NCBI GenBank assembly: GCA_019695335.1
Contig: JAIBAF010000003.1
Coordinates: 51,307-115,306 of the forward strand
DNA length: 64,000 bases
DNA from: a bacterium
Lineage (GTDB): Bacteria; CLD3; SB21
Direction: 5' to 3'
Shown here: piece by piece, positions 62,136 through 64,000 of the stretch
Position numbering within the stretch: the first letter of the stretch is position 1
Layout of the letters: every line of letters begins with the position of its first letter
Program-made: the position numbers and the translations under genes
The notes under the pieces: generated by a model
Seen by the model: only the letters and a program-made list of their open reading frames with translations
What the model was told of the DNA's origin: nothing
Database searches by the model: none

Positions 62136-62528
62136 TTATACGATGTCAATCGTTGCACCGACTTCGGCAAATTTAGCTTTGATTTTCTCAGCTTCGTCTT
62201 TTGAAACACCTTCTTTGACAACCGCCGGAGCGCCGTCCACGAGGTCTTTCGCTTCTTTCAGGCCGAGGTTAGTCAATTCACGAAGAACTTTGATGACCTG
62301 AATTTTCTTATCGCCTGCGTTAGTTAATTTTGCAGTAAATTCTGTTTTTTCTTCAGCTGCAGCAGCCGTACCACCGCCTGCAGGCGCTCCGCCGCCAACC
62401 GCAGCTACCGCAACCGGTGCAGCGATTTCTACGCCGAATTTACTCTTAATGTCTTTGACGAGCTCGCCGATTTCGATCATATTGGCATTGGCCAAATAGT
62501 CGAGCACATCTTCTCTTGAAACTGCCAT
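62136..62528 (-). CDS. rplL: 50S ribosomal protein L7/L12
   Basis: 130 aa. 'MAVSREDVLDYLANANMIEIGELVKDIKSKFGV' is the N-terminus, a poly-Ala/Gly hinge follows, and the C-terminus is 'KEAKDLVDGAP...EAEKIKAKFAEVGA'. Confidence 0.95.
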   Translation of the reverse strand: MAVSREDVLDYLANANMIEIGELVKDIKSKFGVEIAAPVAVAAVGGGAPAGGGTAAAAEEKTEFTAKLTNAGDKKIQVIKVLRELTNLGLKEAKDLVDGAPAVVKEGVSKDEAEKIKAKFAEVGATIDIV

Positions 62529-62622
62529 GGGAGATACTCCTTCGATTTGTTATCGCCAGTCACTCGCAACATTTATACGAATGATAAATTAAGGCGATAA
62601 ACGGTTAATATGATAAATAGTA

Positions 62623-63150
62623 TTAAGCTGCTTTTTGATTTTTTAACGATTCCAATATTCCAACCAGATTTTGCATCGGTGTATTGAGCAACATGACAAC
62701 ATTCTGCATCGGCGAATTCAATAAGCCCATCAATTGCGCCAACAAATCTTTCTTCGTCGGCATCTTGGCTATATCACCTAATTTTGATGCTTCAAAAAGT
62801 TGTTTTTCAATAACACAAATCTTCAGTTTGAGCTTATCATTTTCCTTGTCTTTAAGGAATTCAGACAAAGTTTTAGCCGGCGCGATCGGATCTTCATAAC
62901 CAAACGCAATGCCGGTCGGACCTTCCAAAAATTTATCCAAACCGCCATCGTATCCGGCGCGATTCAGCGCAATTTTGGCCAGTGTGTTTTTGACAACTTT
63001 AAATTCCGATTTGTTTTCACGGAACTTGTTGCGAAGGTCTTCCATCTTCTTAACATCGATTCCGCTAAAATCGGTTAGATAGATTCCCGATGCTTTCTGC
63101 AACTTCTCAGCAAGCTCGGCAATCAATTCGTTTTTATTTTCTTTTTTCAT
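62623..63150 (-). CDS. rplJ: 50S ribosomal protein L10
   Basis: 175 aa. Position in the rplA-rplJ-rplL order, with 'IAELAEKLQKASGIYLTDFSGIDVKKMEDLR'. Confidence 0.9.
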   Translation of the reverse strand: MKKENKNELIAELAEKLQKASGIYLTDFSGIDVKKMEDLRNKFRENKSEFKVVKNTLAKIALNRAGYDGGLDKFLEGPTGIAFGYEDPIAPAKTLSEFLKDKENDKLKLKICVIEKQLFEASKLGDIAKMPTKKDLLAQLMGLLNSPMQNVVMLLNTPMQNLVGILESLKNQKAA

Positions 63151-63190
63151 TGCTGCCTCTATTCGATAAACTTTTAATGAATTCGATTAA

Positions 63191-63895
63191 TTAGTGAATA
63201 GTCAGAGCGCCAACTTCCTGGCTGTTGACTTTGATGCCGGGTCCCATAGTTGTAGATACGAAAACGCTCTTCAGATATTGACCTTTGGCTGATGCCGGTT
63301 TCATCCGCATAATCGTTGTCATGAAACTTCTAAAATTATCGGCCAATTGTTTGGCATCAAAATTTGCTTTCCCGATGGCAACGTGAACCGTTCCTTGTTT
63401 ATCTACTCTGAACTCCACACGTCCGGCTTTAACTTCACCAATAGCTTTGGTAACGTCTTGAGTGACCGTTCCACTTTTCGGATTAGGCATTAGACCTTTA
63501 GGTCCCAATACTTTTCCTAATTTACCCAATTCAATCATAGCTTCCGGGGTCGCGATAATGACGTCGATATCCGTCCACCCATCTTTGATTTTTTGCAAAT
63601 ACTCATCGAATCCGACAAAATCAGCGCCTGCTTCTTTGGCTTCTTTGTCTTTGGTTTTAGTAATAACTAAAACTTTCACTGTTTTACCTGAGCCATGCGG
63701 TAATAAAACAGTACCGCGTAACGCCTGATCGGCATATTTCGGATCGACCCCAAGGTTAACGGCAACATCGACCGACTCAGTGAATTTTGCACTTGATGTT
63801 TCTTTGATAAGAGTAAAAGCTTCGTCGATCGAATACTCTTTCTTCTTATCGACTTTCTTGTCGATGCCTTGGAAACGTTTACTTCTCTTTTTCAT
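63191..63895 (-). CDS. rplA: 50S ribosomal protein L1
   Basis: 234 aa with 'KFTESVDVAVNLGVDPKYADQALRG' and 'PKGLMPNPKSGTVT'. Confidence 0.95.
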   Translation of the reverse strand: MKKRSKRFQGIDKKVDKKKEYSIDEAFTLIKETSSAKFTESVDVAVNLGVDPKYADQALRGTVLLPHGSGKTVKVLVITKTKDKEAKEAGADFVGFDEYLQKIKDGWTDIDVIIATPEAMIELGKLGKVLGPKGLMPNPKSGTVTQDVTKAIGEVKAGRVEFRVDKQGTVHVAIGKANFDAKQLADNFRSFMTTIMRMKPASAKGQYLKSVFVSTTMGPGIKVNSQEVGALTIH

Positions 63896-63975
63896 AATAC
63901 TCCTTGTAACGAATTTTCACGCGCGTTGTAAATACGGTGATTATTCTCCCACCATGGGTGGTATGGTTTAACAAC

Positions 63976-64000
63976 TTAATCGATGACTTCGACGCCTAAG
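63976..64000 (-). CDS. rplK: 50S ribosomal protein L11, extreme 3' end only (stop plus 7 codons; the gene continues beyond the window)
   Basis: The minus-strand frame reads '...LGVEVID*' with the TAA complement at 63976-63978. That matches L11 C-termini and sits upstream of rplA in the conserved order. Confidence 0.5.

Noticed and set aside
62552-62610. Inverted repeat ttatcgcc/ggcgataa in the rplJ-rplL spacer
   Set aside because: The 8-bp arms are separated by 43 nt with no further support; it is more likely chance or a weak mRNA structure than a defined regulatory site.
1-64000. Search for CRISPR arrays, IS elements, integrases or prophage genes
   Set aside because: I saw no regularly spaced direct repeats and no transposase, integrase or phage structural motifs in any frame. 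The window looks like core chromosome.

Overview
This 64 kb window is a chromosomal, housekeeping-rich segment of a moderately AT-rich Gram-negative bacterium. The gene content (GWxTD-domain protein, short Omp85-type barrel, genes lacking obvious Shine-Dalgarno sequences, two PurC types) suggests a Bacteroidetes/Ignavibacteria-like (FCB-group) lineage, but that is only inference. It is densely coding on both strands. The recognisable genes are: a 5'-truncated htrA, lon, ftsH, serA, an orphan MalG-like ABC permease, a metallophosphoesterase, secA, a long-form purC, an EVE-domain gene, a HAMP histidine kinase, an Omp85-like barrel, nth, a VanW-like gene, mutY, dcd, two tandem atypical hybrid two-component proteins, tyrS, pssA-psd, a second E. 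coli-type short purC, purB, a TPR protein, mtnA, a GWxTD-domain protein plus a putative OMP, ribH, recN, a DUF1684 lipoprotein, ackA, rtcB, a 7TM-type histidine kinase, alaS, a PGM/PMM-family mutase, an SDR, tRNA-Thr(CGU), pspA, an SLT-like protein, and the rpoC-rpoB-rplL-rplJ-rplA-(rplK) cluster. I saw no CRISPR array, transposase or integrase. The most unusual locus is 48.1-52.2 kb. It is a tightly coupled operon of three different ATP-dependent amidoligases: an RimK-like ATP-grasp, a ~500-aa GspS/circularly-permuted-ATP-grasp-like enzyme with a polybasic C-terminal tail, and a GCS2/YbdK-like carboxylate-amine ligase. The operon is headed by a small HEPN-like ORF and followed by pspA. I cannot assign it to any characterised pathway; it is a candidate peptide-metabolite or peptide-tagging system. 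All calls come from reading the supplied translations and motifs; no database searches were run.
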